Source of the DNA: Laetmonice hystrix
Lineage: Eukaryota
DNA length: 64,000 nt
Direction of reading: 5' to 3'
Assembly (NCBI GenBank): GCA_965235115.1
Contig: OZ249445.1
Span: forward strand, 13,206,001 to 13,270,000
Shown piece after piece: positions 1 through 12,393 of this stretch. The notes under the pieces were generated by a model. That model worked only from the letters and a program-made list of their open reading frames with translations. It had not been told where the DNA came from and searched no databases. The stretch's first letter is position 1. The number at the start of each line of letters is the position of its first letter. The position numbers and the translations under genes were made by a program.

Positions 1-140
1 AAACCGAACGTGTTGGAACTGACATAAAAAATACCTTACGTCCTCGCAATCCTTAAGTTGGCCCTTCGTTACCCCGTATAGTACCATCCATTCATTTATT
101 ATAATGGCCCCACCGTACGTAGAGTTTGTTCATGCTGTAG

Positions 141-485
141 GATCTGGTCGCCTGGGTGTCTGTCGGGGTTCACCATATCCCGCACACGGAGGACGTACCC
201 GTCGTGACGTCACCGGGCGTTCAGTTGACCTTCTTCCTCATACCGTACAACTACTTCGACGAGGACCCGTCGTTGGCATCACGTGACAACATCCGGGTCA
301 CCCCAGGCCCTAGCGGTACTCACGTGTACGAGTACGCCGGCGTTCCACCCCCTCCCACACATCCTAGTGACGGCAAGTCGAGGCCCACCAAGGATGTGAC
401 TTCCAGAGCGGGCGCCACTGCCCACCCCTGGCTGCCAACCCTAATTATTATCTGCTTATCTGTCATAATGCACCGTTTTGCTTAA
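141..485 (+). CDS. AOC: Terminal coding exon of a copper amine oxidase (CAO/AOC family), paralog 1; upstream exons lie outside the window
   Basis: Acceptor ctgtAG at 139-140, then [20 protein letters not shown]...[14 protein letters not shown] (CAO C-terminal HIPH Cu-ligand motif) to TAA at 483-485; near-identical to 7045-7365. Confidence 0.92.
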   Translation, partial: DLVAWVSVGVHHIPHTEDVPVVTSPGVQLTFFLIPYNYFDEDPSLASRDNIRVTPGPSGTHVYEYAGVPPPPTHPSDGKSRPTKDVTSRAGATAHPWLPTLIIICLSVIMHRFA

Positions 486-612
486 TCTTGACCCTGCTAG
501 TTGAGAGTTGTAGCCGAGGTGCCTACTTCACTTTGAATACACTGTAAATCACTAACGCTTACCTGTATTTTGATCGGTGTTGTAGTCCCACACGTGGCCG
601 CTTCTGTCTGAA

Positions 613-618
613 AATAAA
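613..618 (+). terminator. Likely polyadenylation signal of CAO paralog 1
   Basis: AATAAA about 130 nt after the stop codon, followed by a T-rich tract. Confidence 0.55.
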
Positions 619-2169
619 GTCACAATTTTTATGACTCTACCAATCTTAAACGCATGATTTTCATTTCATCTCTTGATTTATAATATATAAGAATAACACC
701 AAAGAAGACTAACAAATAGTACATTGTTCATACCACATAGACGTATGCATACATGCGGACATACAAACTTCCGTGGACATGCCGGTAAATACGATACGTA
801 CATATGGTATACACACAAACGAAATGTATTCACCTAACGGTCTACATCTATGCCGGTATAACCAAACACAGGAGAACTGACTCTTTGACGCCATTGATAT
901 CCCTCAAACATGTTGACAATAAGTATGTATGTCACCAATAACCCTCTGGCATCATTCTGGCTGAAGTTAACTTTATATCCGAGTTCAAAACAGGTTAACG
1001 GGGCACGAATGATAAGGGCCGATAGAGTACTCTCATGTTTCCAATCGAGGAAAGATCCGGAGAGGTGGACACTGTGGTATGTGGAAACCCTTTACATGCC
1101 AACAACGGTCGGTGTACATTCTCCTCGCAGTGTCCCTCTATTACATTATCTTCTTACCGACATATAGCTTATTTTTCATGTTTGCGGCAAGTACTTATTC
1201 AACTTAATAACTGTTCTATTACTCGTGTATACTCTGGACGTAGATCGATTTCCCTCTTTGATTGGGAGTGTCGTACGAATTGCCGTTTGCGAGAAACCCC
1301 CAGACATATACGATCAGCACCAACAAACCCAAAGACACCAAAATGGCCAAATCCTTCCATGGCATCAACAAAACAATACGATTTTGAAGGTTTCTAGAGA
1401 CGATAAGCTAAGTTTTAAGTCTCTATAAAAAGTCTCCAGAGATTATAAGTAACGACGAAGAATCCCCAAGGACAATGTCAGCAATGTGTATAGTTGCAAT
1501 GTTCATGGAAATGTTGGCGTACAAGGTCAAACGAAACGACCCCGCCCCCTGAAAGGAATGACTTCACGGCCTTCTCTGTATAATCCCCATATTTTCAATA
1601 CACATGGTGTATTCCTTCTTATTCTTGGTATTTTTCTTCCTCATCTTTTTCTGTCTGTCTTGACAAGCATAATGCATGGCCGGTGGCGATGCGGAGTAAC
1701 AAAGAGGTCCCCAGGATGCCCTTGATTTAATCAGTGTAGTAAATATTCTACATATTCTTTACCAAAATAAGCCCACCTCCTTCGCCCACCAGCACCAAGC
1801 TTTCAAAGAAGTATTTTAAAAGAACGCTGCCAGCCGTCCTCATGCCCCCCGGGTGTAGCGGTGAATGAATAGGTGAAGAACCGTAAGGAAAAGTAGGAAC
1901 AGTGTACGTAAGAAAATCTAGTCTCAGGAGGTTCGAATCTCATATAGGAGTTGTTTTCGTTTTACTTTTTTTAAAGGATGCTTGGCAACTTCAAATTTCA
2001 AAAGCAGTTTTGAACTGCCGCGATCCCCGCTGTACAAATCAGAAGTGGGGGGTGGTCGCTTGTTTACCGAGTAGTACTTCCATGGGACGCCGCACACAGA
2101 CAAAACTCTGCACTTACACTTACATTCACTTGCATCTTGCAACGACTTGGAAGCGGCTGCGCTCCGCTC

Positions 2170-2175
2170 TATATA
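2170..2175 (+). promoter_or_regulatory. TATA-like box of CAO paralog 2
   Basis: TATATA about 70 nt upstream of the caccATG at 2241. Confidence 0.45.
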
Positions 2176-2240
2176 GCTTTGGGGTTCTACATGATAAGCA
2201 GTTCGAGGTTGATCATCAGAGCAGGCTCGCGGACTTCACC

Positions 2241-2295
2241 ATGCAGATGACTTGGTCGCCGATATGGACACTTGTTCTAGTGTTTCTCTCATTAG
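2241..2295 (+). CDS. AOC: CAO paralog 2 exon 1 (signal peptide [19 protein letters not shown])
   Basis: caccATG, hydrophobic core, donor AG/GTAAG at 2296, phase 1 joins GG at 4369. Confidence 0.78.
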
Positions 2296-5200
2296 GTAAG
2301 CTGCGTAACTTTGTTAGCGGATAGTTAATGGTGTTCTTTTGGTTTCTTCACAGTTTGTATCCATCGATCTGACCTCCTGAATCGGAAGGCCGTATGCCGT
2401 GTCATGGGAAGTCTTTCGCCACATTTATTTTTCCTTGCATCGTTTCCAAACATGACCCTGCGAACCCAAACCTTTTCCGTTTACAGGTGCACAAAGATTG
2501 TGCGCGAAATAATGGCACAGTAAATACATACATATACACTCCGACTTGCCTACACACACGGACATATGTACATACAAATGTAGGCCAAGCACGTAAATGT
2601 TTCCACTGTAACACTACAACTAACTGGGGAGGAGACACAAAACCGACAGAGGCCATTTATTGTACATGTACTAACCAGACTGGGTCAATAGTCACTCTCC
2701 GTTGGTTGTACATGGGAGACTGCCATGCAGTGAAATGTATACTGGCCGATTTAGTGGCCAGGTACCACATACATTTGCAGGATCTAACAATGTAACTTGC
2801 ATCGCGAAAGGGCCATATCCAATGGTCCACATGGCCGGTCGAATTTTATCTTGTACGGGTATTATTAGCCGTATAGTAAAAACACAACAAATATATTTTA
2901 TTCTAGATATTCGAATATAACAGTGACACTTGATACTTTATTTATTTCTACATTCAACCAGCTACTCAGAGAGTTTTTTTTCTACCTGTGACGACAGCAT
3001 ATACTTGAATACGTACCCTTCTGCATTCATCATTTTTGTTTAGTATGCTCAGCCATACCGAAATCGGCAGACGGGCGAACCAGTGTAGCCCTTAAACTTG
3101 TTACAGCGTTTAGGAATTCTGTATTAAACCTGGCTTTCTCTCTAAGTATTACTAATTATAGACTAATCGTTTTTCATATAGGCAGGGTGCCCAGCAGTTT
3201 ACACATAGGAATGTTCAAACCAAAATTATAGGAATATATAGGAGCAATTTCTGTCATTTTGTAAGAAATATATACAAGAGACATATTATAGTCAATTTTA
3301 TCATTTTATTCCCTATGCTGTGGCCAAATTTCTACAGTTGCCCTCACTCTCCTCTCAGGCAGCCAACGTTTCCTGCTGTCTATCTTCTATTATACTCGGT
3401 TCTGGTTTCCAGTCATATCTTCTGGCTATTGAAATTGCTCCACGTGGCAACTGAATTAATTCATTAATAGCTAGGTTTAGGACCCGCTATCAGTGCACGT
3501 AGTAAACCATCCAACGCAGCGGATATGTAGATGTAAGGAGATCCAAGTCATCTGGGTGTATTGTTGTTGACAGAACAAGTTGTCCAAACTGTTTATAAAT
3601 CCAAAACGACGTGGCTCTCGATCCCAACTTTATCCGCGAGTCCCTACTCGCTGACTGCAATTTGTCAGTCATCAAATTAGACCCTCCCATAATCTTGGAG
3701 AGCGCTAGAAAAGCTGCGGGTCCTAAAAGTCGAGGACTCCGGGGCAACATATCTGGACAACTGGCAACACACCATCTGGACGGCTGGCTCTCCACTCTGC
3801 TGAGGCTTTCAGGTTAGTGTTCGCTATTCTTTTGTATAGCTGAGAAGGCGGTTTTACAATATCCTAGGTCTGGCGACTCCTAAACTTTGCATTATGTAAT
3901 AAATTGCTATCACACATTTTTCTTCTCACATTTCCTTGTTCGTTTCTTCTTTGACAGCCATTTTCTAAAAGGGAAATTATTTTCCCCTAAATTAAACACA
4001 GGCGAGCTTTCCTTATCAGAGAGCACCACGAAACGGGATTTCTGATATTTTTATGGGCGATTATAGCAAGATTAAGGTACAAAGTAGCTTCTAAACTGGC
4101 AAATAAACACATTTGTATGTTCAAGACGGCCTCCAACACGCCTACAGCCACGGCTTTCCTCGCCATCACTTTTTAAAGTTTAAACGCGTATCAGATACAA
4201 ACAGCCAAAATGTGTTTTAATTTAACATTACCTTAAATAGATAATCAGCCTTGAGCAACAGAACCGTAGCCTTACAGGAAGTACTCGGAAGACATCCACG
4301 ATAAAAACGATAAAAAGGCAGTTAATAAATAATTCTTGCTTGCCGTCGGGTCATTGTTGTTTTCGCAGGGGCGGTGCACGAGGCCAAGGGTCGCCGAGCG
4401 GTAATGGAGGACATTTTCGCCGACCTTTCTGTGACCGAGTTGAACCAGATCACCGAGTTCTTATATAAACAGGATCCTCTGAACCTTGTCCACGACAGGA
4501 TTCCCAAGGTCAGCGACTCCTACATCTTCCTCGTGGAAGCACTGCGTCCTAACAAAGCGGACGCTCTTCGTTACCTGGATGAAGACGGACCGGCCCCGAA
4601 AAGAGTTGCGAAAGTTACAATCTTCAGGTATGTCATGTACTCTCAAGGCTCTTAATTCACGTGAGGGTTTCGCTTATTTATTACATGAAAAGAAAAGACT
4701 ATTGGGCATTTCAGACTGGTCATGTTATCCAAGACATTTTCCCCTCTCATATTCGATGTACCTTGGTTGCAGAGGGGATCTGGTAACACCAGAGATCCAA
4801 GAGTACAATGTCTTCCCGATTCCAAACCCGACAACATACGAACGAACTAAGAACCCCACGTGGAAGGACCCGATTCCTTTCCACTCCAGGTCCCCCATCA
4901 ATGGGCCGGAGTTGGTTCTGATTGATGCGAAGCTGGTTCGCGAACTTACAAAGATTGCTTCAATCATCAGCGAAGTGGCAGATGGATACACATTGTTACG
5001 AAATTGTACAAAATGCCTGAGATGGGTTCCTGCATTGCCGGCCACCTCTGAATCAAATCAGCGAAAAATGACACTCTACCTTGTGCGCGCAATCGAAGGC
5101 GGGTACTTATATCCCATCGGTCTCCAGGTGCTGCTGACGTTCGAAAGTGTTGATGAAACTGACTGGTTTATCGAGAACGTTTGGTTCCAGGGACAACGAT

Positions 5201-7365
5201 TCGGAAGTTTAGAGGAAATGGTAGACGCTGAAAACACCGGAACATTATATAAACAAATCCTGCGGGAGCCAGATGACATCGGGAAGAAGACGCTGTCCTC
5301 ATCAATGAACTTTCGCGGAACTCCGAGACCATCGGCGAAAAAACGAGGCCCGGCTTCCTACATGCCTGATGGCGACCGTTTTGAAATAAATGGACGGAGG
5401 GTTAGCTGGTTAGGCTGGGAATTCAACTACGCCATGCTGACCTCAACAGGTTTACAACTTCATGACGTCAGGTTCCTCGGAGAAAGGATTGCCTACGAAA
5501 TCGCACTGCAGGTAAATGTATTTTAAAGCAAGCACCACATGAAATAAATCTGGGTCTCAAAACTGCACAACTACAATATATCAGCCAGTGCTTTGTATAC
5601 TTGACTTTGTTGGACAATGTTTTCAATCTTTTGTTTTTCTTTCAGGAACTGGCAGTGTTCTACAGTGGTGGAAGCCCTGGTCCACGTCACACAAGCTACT
5701 TCGATTCCTATACCATTTTCGGGACCATGACATCCCAGTTGTTCCCAGGGATCGACTGTCCCCAACACGCCAAGTTCTTTGACTTCACTCACTACATGCA
5801 CGGTATCCCACACGTTTACAAGAACGGTGCGTGTATCTTCGAACTTGACCGTGGCGTCCCCTTACGGCGGCATTACGAGAGCAATCACCAGGGCGGCTAC
5901 TTTTTCGCTCAGGGCATGCCGGATGTCGTCCTCGTCTTCAGACAGGTTATGTCCCCTGGGAATTATGATTATATTTTTGATGTTATGTTCCACCAAGGAG
6001 GCCAGATTGAAGTTAAAGTTTCTCTTTCCGGTTACGTCTTGTCAACCTACTACACTAACGACGAAATGAACAAATATGGTCATCGAATGAATGACGCCAA
6101 CGCCATAGGCAACATACACCATCACCTTGCCCATTTCAAAGTCGACCTTGACATAAAGGGCACAAGGAACCGATTCGAAACGCTGGACATCAAACTTGAA
6201 GACGTAGATGACAGTCTTACTCCAGGGTACACACTGAAGAACCGATACGTGGAAAGATCAATGAAAGAAACAGAAAACGCGGCAACGTATCAGTACAACT
6301 TTGACACCCCCAAATATCTCATCATGTACAATGAGAACGAGAAGAACAAATACGGCAACCACCGAGGGTACAGGATTGTATCGGAGGCCATGTCTAAAAT
6401 GCTTCTCCCGGATAGTTACCGAGGAGTGCGCTCACGATCCTGGACAAAGTATCAGGTATAGCTATAGGTGATTCGCTACAAAAGGCCGACATTTTACAAT
6501 AATTTTACAATTTTACAATAAGCATTTTGATCATTTTGTACTCCTATCTCATGTAAGGTAATGCGTAACAGAGACCTTGAGATCACACTCTCTGATGCGT
6601 ATAATGATGCATCTGTGTCCTATTTTTACCCAGGTAGCGGTAACCAAGTTTAAGGAGACAGAACGAACTAGCTCGAGTATGTATACAGCCATGGAAGCCT
6701 TGGACCCACCGATGAGTTTCGAGGACTTTATAGGCGATGAAAGAATTGTCGACGAGGTAACAACCTTGATATAGCCTAGTCCAAGGTCCCGTATCCCGTA
6801 ACTTCTCGTAGACTAGAATTGTCGACGAGGTAACAACCTTGATATAGCCTAGTCCAAGGTCCCGTATCCCGTAACTTCTCGTAGACTAGAATTGTCGACG
6901 AGGTAACAACCTTGATATAGCCTAGTCCAAGGTCCCGTATCCCGTAACTTCTCGTAGACTTCTTCCAAGGTGGCAACCAATTTTTAAAACTCGACCTCGG
7001 GCCTCAACTTTAGTAATACACATACTTTGTTTGAACTCCTCCAGGACCTGGTCGCTTGGGTGACAGTTGGCAGTCATCATATCCCGCACACGGAGGACGT
7101 ACCCGTCGTGACGACACCGGGCGTTCAGTTGACCTTCTTCCTCATACCGTACAACTACTTCGACGAGGACCCGTCGTTGGCATCACGTGACAACATCCGG
7201 GTTACCCCGGGTTTTGGCGGTTACCCTATGTACGAATACGCCGGTATTCCACCCCCGCTCACACATGACGTGACCTCCGCAGCGCACCCTACGACCCCTC
7301 CCTACCTCACAACCATCCTCCTCATCTCATTCTCCGCTCCAATGCTGCGGGTTTTCCAATCCTAA
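2241..7365 (+). CDS. AOC: Copper-containing (TPQ) amine oxidase, paralog 2, complete gene, 768 aa; join(2241..2295,4369..4627,4773..5511,5646..6455,6634..6756,7045..7365)
   Basis: All five introns are GT-AG with matching phases (1,2,0,0,0); CDS 2307 nt; signal peptide, [12 protein letters not shown]-terminal motif, YFD catalytic Asp, SPGNYDY TPQ consensus (5961-5972), [13 protein letters not shown] and HHIPH Cu ligands. Family-level assignment only (not specifically AOC1/2/3). Confidence 0.93.
4369..4627 (+). CDS. AOC: CAO paralog 2 exon 2
   Basis: ttttcgcAG acceptor; [20 protein letters not shown]...KVTIFR; donor GTATGT at 4628. Confidence 0.9.
4773..5511 (+). CDS. AOC: CAO paralog 2 exon 3
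   Basis: ttgcAG acceptor; [13 protein letters not shown]...[16 protein letters not shown]; donor GTAAAT at 5512. Confidence 0.93.
5646..6455 (+). CDS. AOC: CAO paralog 2 exon 4 (catalytic core)
   Basis: ELAVFY...YFD...GNYDY...[12 protein letters not shown]...SWTKYQ; flanked by tttcAG and GTATAG. Confidence 0.95.
6634..6756 (+). CDS. AOC: CAO paralog 2 exon 5
   Basis: [17 protein letters not shown]...[10 protein letters not shown]; acceptor acccAG, donor GTAACA at 6757. Confidence 0.9.
6742..6960 (+). repeat. 3 x 73-bp tandem repeat that includes the last 15 nt of CAO exon 5 and its splice donor
   Basis: Unit agaattgtcgacgag/gtaacaaccttgatatagcctagtccaaggtcccgtatcccgtaacttctcgtagact starts at 6742, 6815, 6888. 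Confidence 0.95.
7045..7365 (+). CDS. AOC: CAO paralog 2 exon 6 (terminal)
   Basis: [20 protein letters not shown]...; hydrophobic tail; TAA at 7363-7365. Confidence 0.92.
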   Translation, partial: DLVAWVTVGSHHIPHTEDVPVVTTPGVQLTFFLIPYNYFDEDPSLASRDNIRVTPGFGGYPMYEYAGIPPPLTHDVTSAAHPTTPPYLTTILLISFSAPMLRVFQS

Positions 7366-7449
7366 TTTTATTACATTACCGCCAACTACAGTCGGCGGTA
7401 TCGTTTGTGAGAAAATGACTACATTGTGGAATGTTCTGTAACTTACACA

Positions 7450-7455
7450 AATAAA
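7450..7455 (+). terminator. Likely polyadenylation signal of CAO paralog 2
   Basis: AATAAA 85 nt after the stop codon, followed by a T-rich tract. Confidence 0.55.
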
Positions 7456-10400
7456 GTTATAGTCTTTAATTTGGTCTCCAGCCGAGGCAACACCTATCTA
7501 TACACGTATCTGATTATGATTCTGTAAATATCTTGTACATTATAATCTTTTCTTCTTGAAGTATCTGTGAGATAATGGGGGTTCTTATCAATACGATACT
7601 CAGCACGATACTAAGTACTCGAGAGTTTGGGTCAAACAGTCAAGGTCGGCCGGTTCGTCTTGGTTGGACGGTTACACCAAATGTTCCTCGCCAAATCAAT
7701 GGACTGATTATATCGCGAAGAGGTCAGAATTAAGCAATATTTGTCTGACTTGGTGTCGATTTCTGTCTAAACCAAATAATTTAGTGTATAATTCTTCATC
7801 ACTGGGACGCCCTCCAGAGGGCGTGTCGGTATAGCATATCAGTACGACCTCAAGGGCCTAACTGCTGTCGCCACCTGTCGGGGACCAGGTATACTAATGT
7901 GCACAAACAACCAATGTGAGCAGACACTATTTGTAGCTTCCCATCTGTGGCATCATCGACTCAGGATCTTGAGTTTTCTATTCACCAGACAAGAATAGTG
8001 CATCTCGAAGGGAGCCTTGATCTTAGACAGCTTGAGGCGCAGCCGAGAACCTATTTAGGGCGTAAGCCCTTGACCCTTCCCTTAGGCTTAGTGCTTGGCC
8101 AGTGAATGTCGCAAATGTTGGGTCCGCAAATCATCTGTGAACTAAGAATCGACTTTTCGAAAATTCGAATAGAGAAGAAAATGACATCAAATGCCATGCG
8201 GTCACTAAATGTTACATCATGCAGGAATAAAGATTACATATTATTAAAGCAGAAGGCAACTTTTAGTGGCAATAGCGTGCGCTAGACCGTCACCTGATCT
8301 TTAGGACCTGATTTTTACCCCTCCCCCTAAAACAAGTCATAATACTATCTAACTTTTTTTAAACCTGGTAGTCGTCTTCAGCACTGGAATCCCCGTTGCA
8401 ACCTTGATGTTTTCAGGTTTCCTATCTATTATGTTATCTAGGCCTAAGTCGAGATGAATCCACAGACAAACCGCCCAACAAAGACGGTTCGCCACCATTG
8501 ATGCTGTTAGCAGTTCCTACCGCTAGGTGGAGCTGTGCGAATATAAAGCAGACGACAGTGACAATGGTGACACGTCAAGAGACCGACAGGAGCAGTGAGC
8601 AGTCCCCCCGCTGTGCCCATTATGGGGCGTGTGTAAATGTTTATTGTGAGCATGACTGTCGTTTTAATACCCTTTAAGGATCCTCCATGGACTTTCCCAG
8701 TGGGGAAACCGACAGGCTTCCGTCGAGGACTCGACATCCTCGTGTGAAGTGTCCTCAGGTGCTCTTCTTGACAGCCCAAGGGTCTCGGTCTGAAAAGTCT
8801 ATTTACGTTCAATCTCGTCTGCCTACAAATGATGTGCCAACGGGGGGCAGCTACTAAATTAGCGGCGGGAATAATTCCTTGACAGCACAGCTGATAACCA
8901 GGAAGGACTAGAAATCAGATCGACCCCAGCGAGTCGCACATTAGACACGAAATCAATCTTTCAAATGTAGGGCCTATGATTGCCACGACCATTAATTTCA
9001 TTAATTCAAAAGGAAAGCTACTGGCGCATCATGGTTTTTAGAGTTCGCAAAGGAGGCTAACAATAATTTTAGCTTTTAGCTTTTTTCCTTTCTCTCGGGA
9101 AAAGCAGGAAATCTGACCTTTTCTCTATGTAGCCTTCATATAGGCCTACGGCCTTACATACATTGATTGTTTCGAATACTACCCCCAAGGGTAAGAAACA
9201 ATGAAAGCATGTAAATATTAATATCATGCACCTATCTGCCGTATATTTACTTCTGTCTATGGTTCAAATTGAATAATACACTTTTTAGCCGACAAAATGT
9301 TTCGACACTTTGCGCTGTCCAACACCAGGGGCGAGTTAACGACCTCTCGCGATATGGTCGCCGCCAGAGACACCTGGTGGTGAGTGTCGTTGTCGTGCAG
9401 GTGTGAAGCGAGAGTTTGTGTACAGGCCATCCGACACCGGGGTCTGTCTCACAATGAAGAGGACCCTCAACTCTACCGTCGTGTGTGTTAACCATTCCAG
9501 TCACAACTTGTACCGAATGCCTCTCCACTCTGGGCCTCTTTATCTATGCACACACATGTTTGAAGTCGTCGCGAATATTGTGAGGTGGGGTTTGGGAGCA
9601 GCAAATCGCCAACAAACATTCGTGACTTGGGAGAGCTCCCGAAACGATATCCGGATGGGATATGGGATGGCTTAGAACAGACAGCGCTATATACAGATTT
9701 GCTAGTGTCTATTACACACAAAGTCAGCAGGCCTAAACAAGGGTACATTTGTCCGCTTCGTCAGAAAATGCCCGTAGGTCTGTCTACATATACAAACTAA
9801 GGCAAAAAATGTAATAGGCCTTATAAATAGTTGCCGTACATATATATGGTTATGCCGATATGGCGTACCATGAACTTTGATATCAGAGATCTATGATCTG
9901 TTCCCACGGTTTAGAAAATAAAATGTGCCTTGTCTGAAGTAAACATTACTACGATACCCAGCACATACGATAGTGATCGAATCTGTCTGATAGATCTAAA
10001 TTACATGATACACACGGCTATGCCCACGTCCTTGGAATCGCCTGCCTTCATTTCGCTCGGCGAGGGCCAGGAAGTGTGTAAAAATACGCCTGGGTTATAC
10101 TTAATGAAGAGACGCAGGTGTGAGATTGTCGGTCCTGTGGAAGGATTTCCTTGTAACCCGGATAGCGCCAACAATATGGAGGGGCGTCCCGACTCCCCGG
10201 TGACGTAGATTAAATTACTACTGTCAGCCTGATCTAGACGGAGAGTTCACTGCCAGAATCCCGGCCAAAGGTTAAGCCAAGTTCCGCCGGGCGGGGGGGG
10301 GGGGGGGGGGGTCACCACTATATACATCCCACACAAATACAGCAAGGACTATCAGGCAGAGATGTATTGCGAAATTATTTGTAATTTGTAATAAACAATT

Positions 10401-12198
10401 TCAAAACGGCCTCTCACCTACGGAACCAATAACCGAAGGACAACAGGGAAACCAGAATACGCTTGGGATATAGAGAAATGAAGTAGAGCGTTTTCCATGT
10501 AGCGTGTACTGCTGTAAAGAGCTGAGGTTTTACAGTAGATGATAAATGAGTGATACGGTAAAGTATACGATGTTGATCGGTTTTAATGAAGTCGCCCACG
10601 GCATAGTGGTGTCTTCTCTGGCTCGGTCGTTCAGGTTAAGGGAAGACAAATGACGGTTGTGTCTGTTGGTGGCCCACAGCCACAGACTGTGAGATCATCG
10701 ACCCACGTCCTGGTAGGACTGATATCAGGGGCAGTCAGGCGTGGGACAACCATATATTTGGTCATTTTCGCTACTTTTTAGATATAACCGCCGCTAATAA
10801 TACCCCTCCCGTACATAACGACTAGTATACGCATCTTATAGAAACTACTGCTTAATTTATCTCTACCGTCGATTAAAGTCCTCACATTATTAGGATTTAA
10901 AGGATAGAGAGGATTTATTCAATACGAAAAAGGTATACGCCCTCATCCTTTCCATCGTAAAGTCATAATAATATTATGTTCAAACTAATGTGTTTATTTA
11001 TATTATGACCTAAAACTGTTATACTGTTGTCTAATTCGCTCCGGTAACAGAGCAAGATTATAACAATCGCAAATGAAGTTTGAAATATAAACAACGCAAA
11101 AGCGAGCAATTCGAAAAGATTATCATCCAGGGCACCATTTTCTTGACTTCTTTTGATTTTTAAATATATGGAATTACACCAACAAGCGTGGTGAAAAAGC
11201 ACTAAGTTTGTAACATGATGTATGCGGCAATTCACTATGGTGGCGAATTATTACCTTAACGTGTCACAATATCTAAACAAACCGCGGTAGCCCCAATGGT
11301 ACTCTGTCTCAGACGTAAGAAAAAGTCCCAATTTTCGAGTTTGTATGGCGCCAAGGATCATGACTTATGGCTCCGTTCATGTTCAGTGCTTCTTTTAAGG
11401 CGCAGTGTTCAGTGTTGTTTACTAGGAAATAGGAGGTCAGCGGCCAGCGAATGTGGTGGGATTCTATTTGAGATATCTGGTTGTAATCGTTCCGACCAGT
11501 GACGACATGTCGTGAGACTGGTATCAGAGTGTGGCTGGGACGAGATGGTCAGTAAATCCGAAAACACGCCGCGCGATTCCCATCACAACGGCTCAGGCTA
11601 TCGAGATTGGGGACGACGACGGGCGCACCCGAGCGACCTCTCGTGCCAAACTCAGTTGCTGTCTCCGTAGGGGTTGGAACCGGTGATGGTTGGTAATTGG
11701 CTTCCCGCTGAGGGTGAGGAGAGTGCCTGGGCAGGCTTCTCTCTCCCGTGGAGGGCTCTACAAGGTGTACGCTATACGAGGGCCCACAAGTAAAAGTTCA
11801 TTTCTCCACAAACTTTGTGTCGGACGAAAAGAAAATCTATTAGGTGTTATAAAAATCATAAATGTGTAAAAAATGAAGTCGATGTTTTTCCTCTGCCGTT
11901 ACAATAGCAGGAAAACGAGAGGAAGCTATCAAATGTTACAATATTCGTCTCTGAAAATAGTACTAATTTATCAAAGTGAGAGACAAAATTAATAAATACA
12001 AAGACTGAATTATATATAATCACGTTGGAATAGATATAAGGTTGTTTAGGAAAAGGGACTAAATAATATCATTGGTGAGAAACGATGAGACAGACCATGG
12101 AGGCAAAGGCGTACGAAATACATGTACACTGGGAAGTTTGAAATTGCACATATACGGACTGCATTGGAAATGGCCCACGCTGATCTATCTGCTCATTC

Positions 12199-12393
12199 GT
12201 TCATCGCATTACGACTTGTTCATCGCATTACGACTTGTTCATCGCATTACGACTAGTCTTGTTCATCGCATTACGACTTGTTCATCGACTTGTTCATCGC
12301 ATTACGACTTGTTCATCGCATTACGACTTGTTCATCGCATTACGACTTGTTCATCGCATTACGACTTGTTCATCGCATTACGACTTGTTCATC
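12199..12393. repeat. Minisatellite, 19-bp unit (gttcatcgcattacgactt), about 10 copies
   Basis: Direct tandem copies with a few indel variants. Confidence 0.92.
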
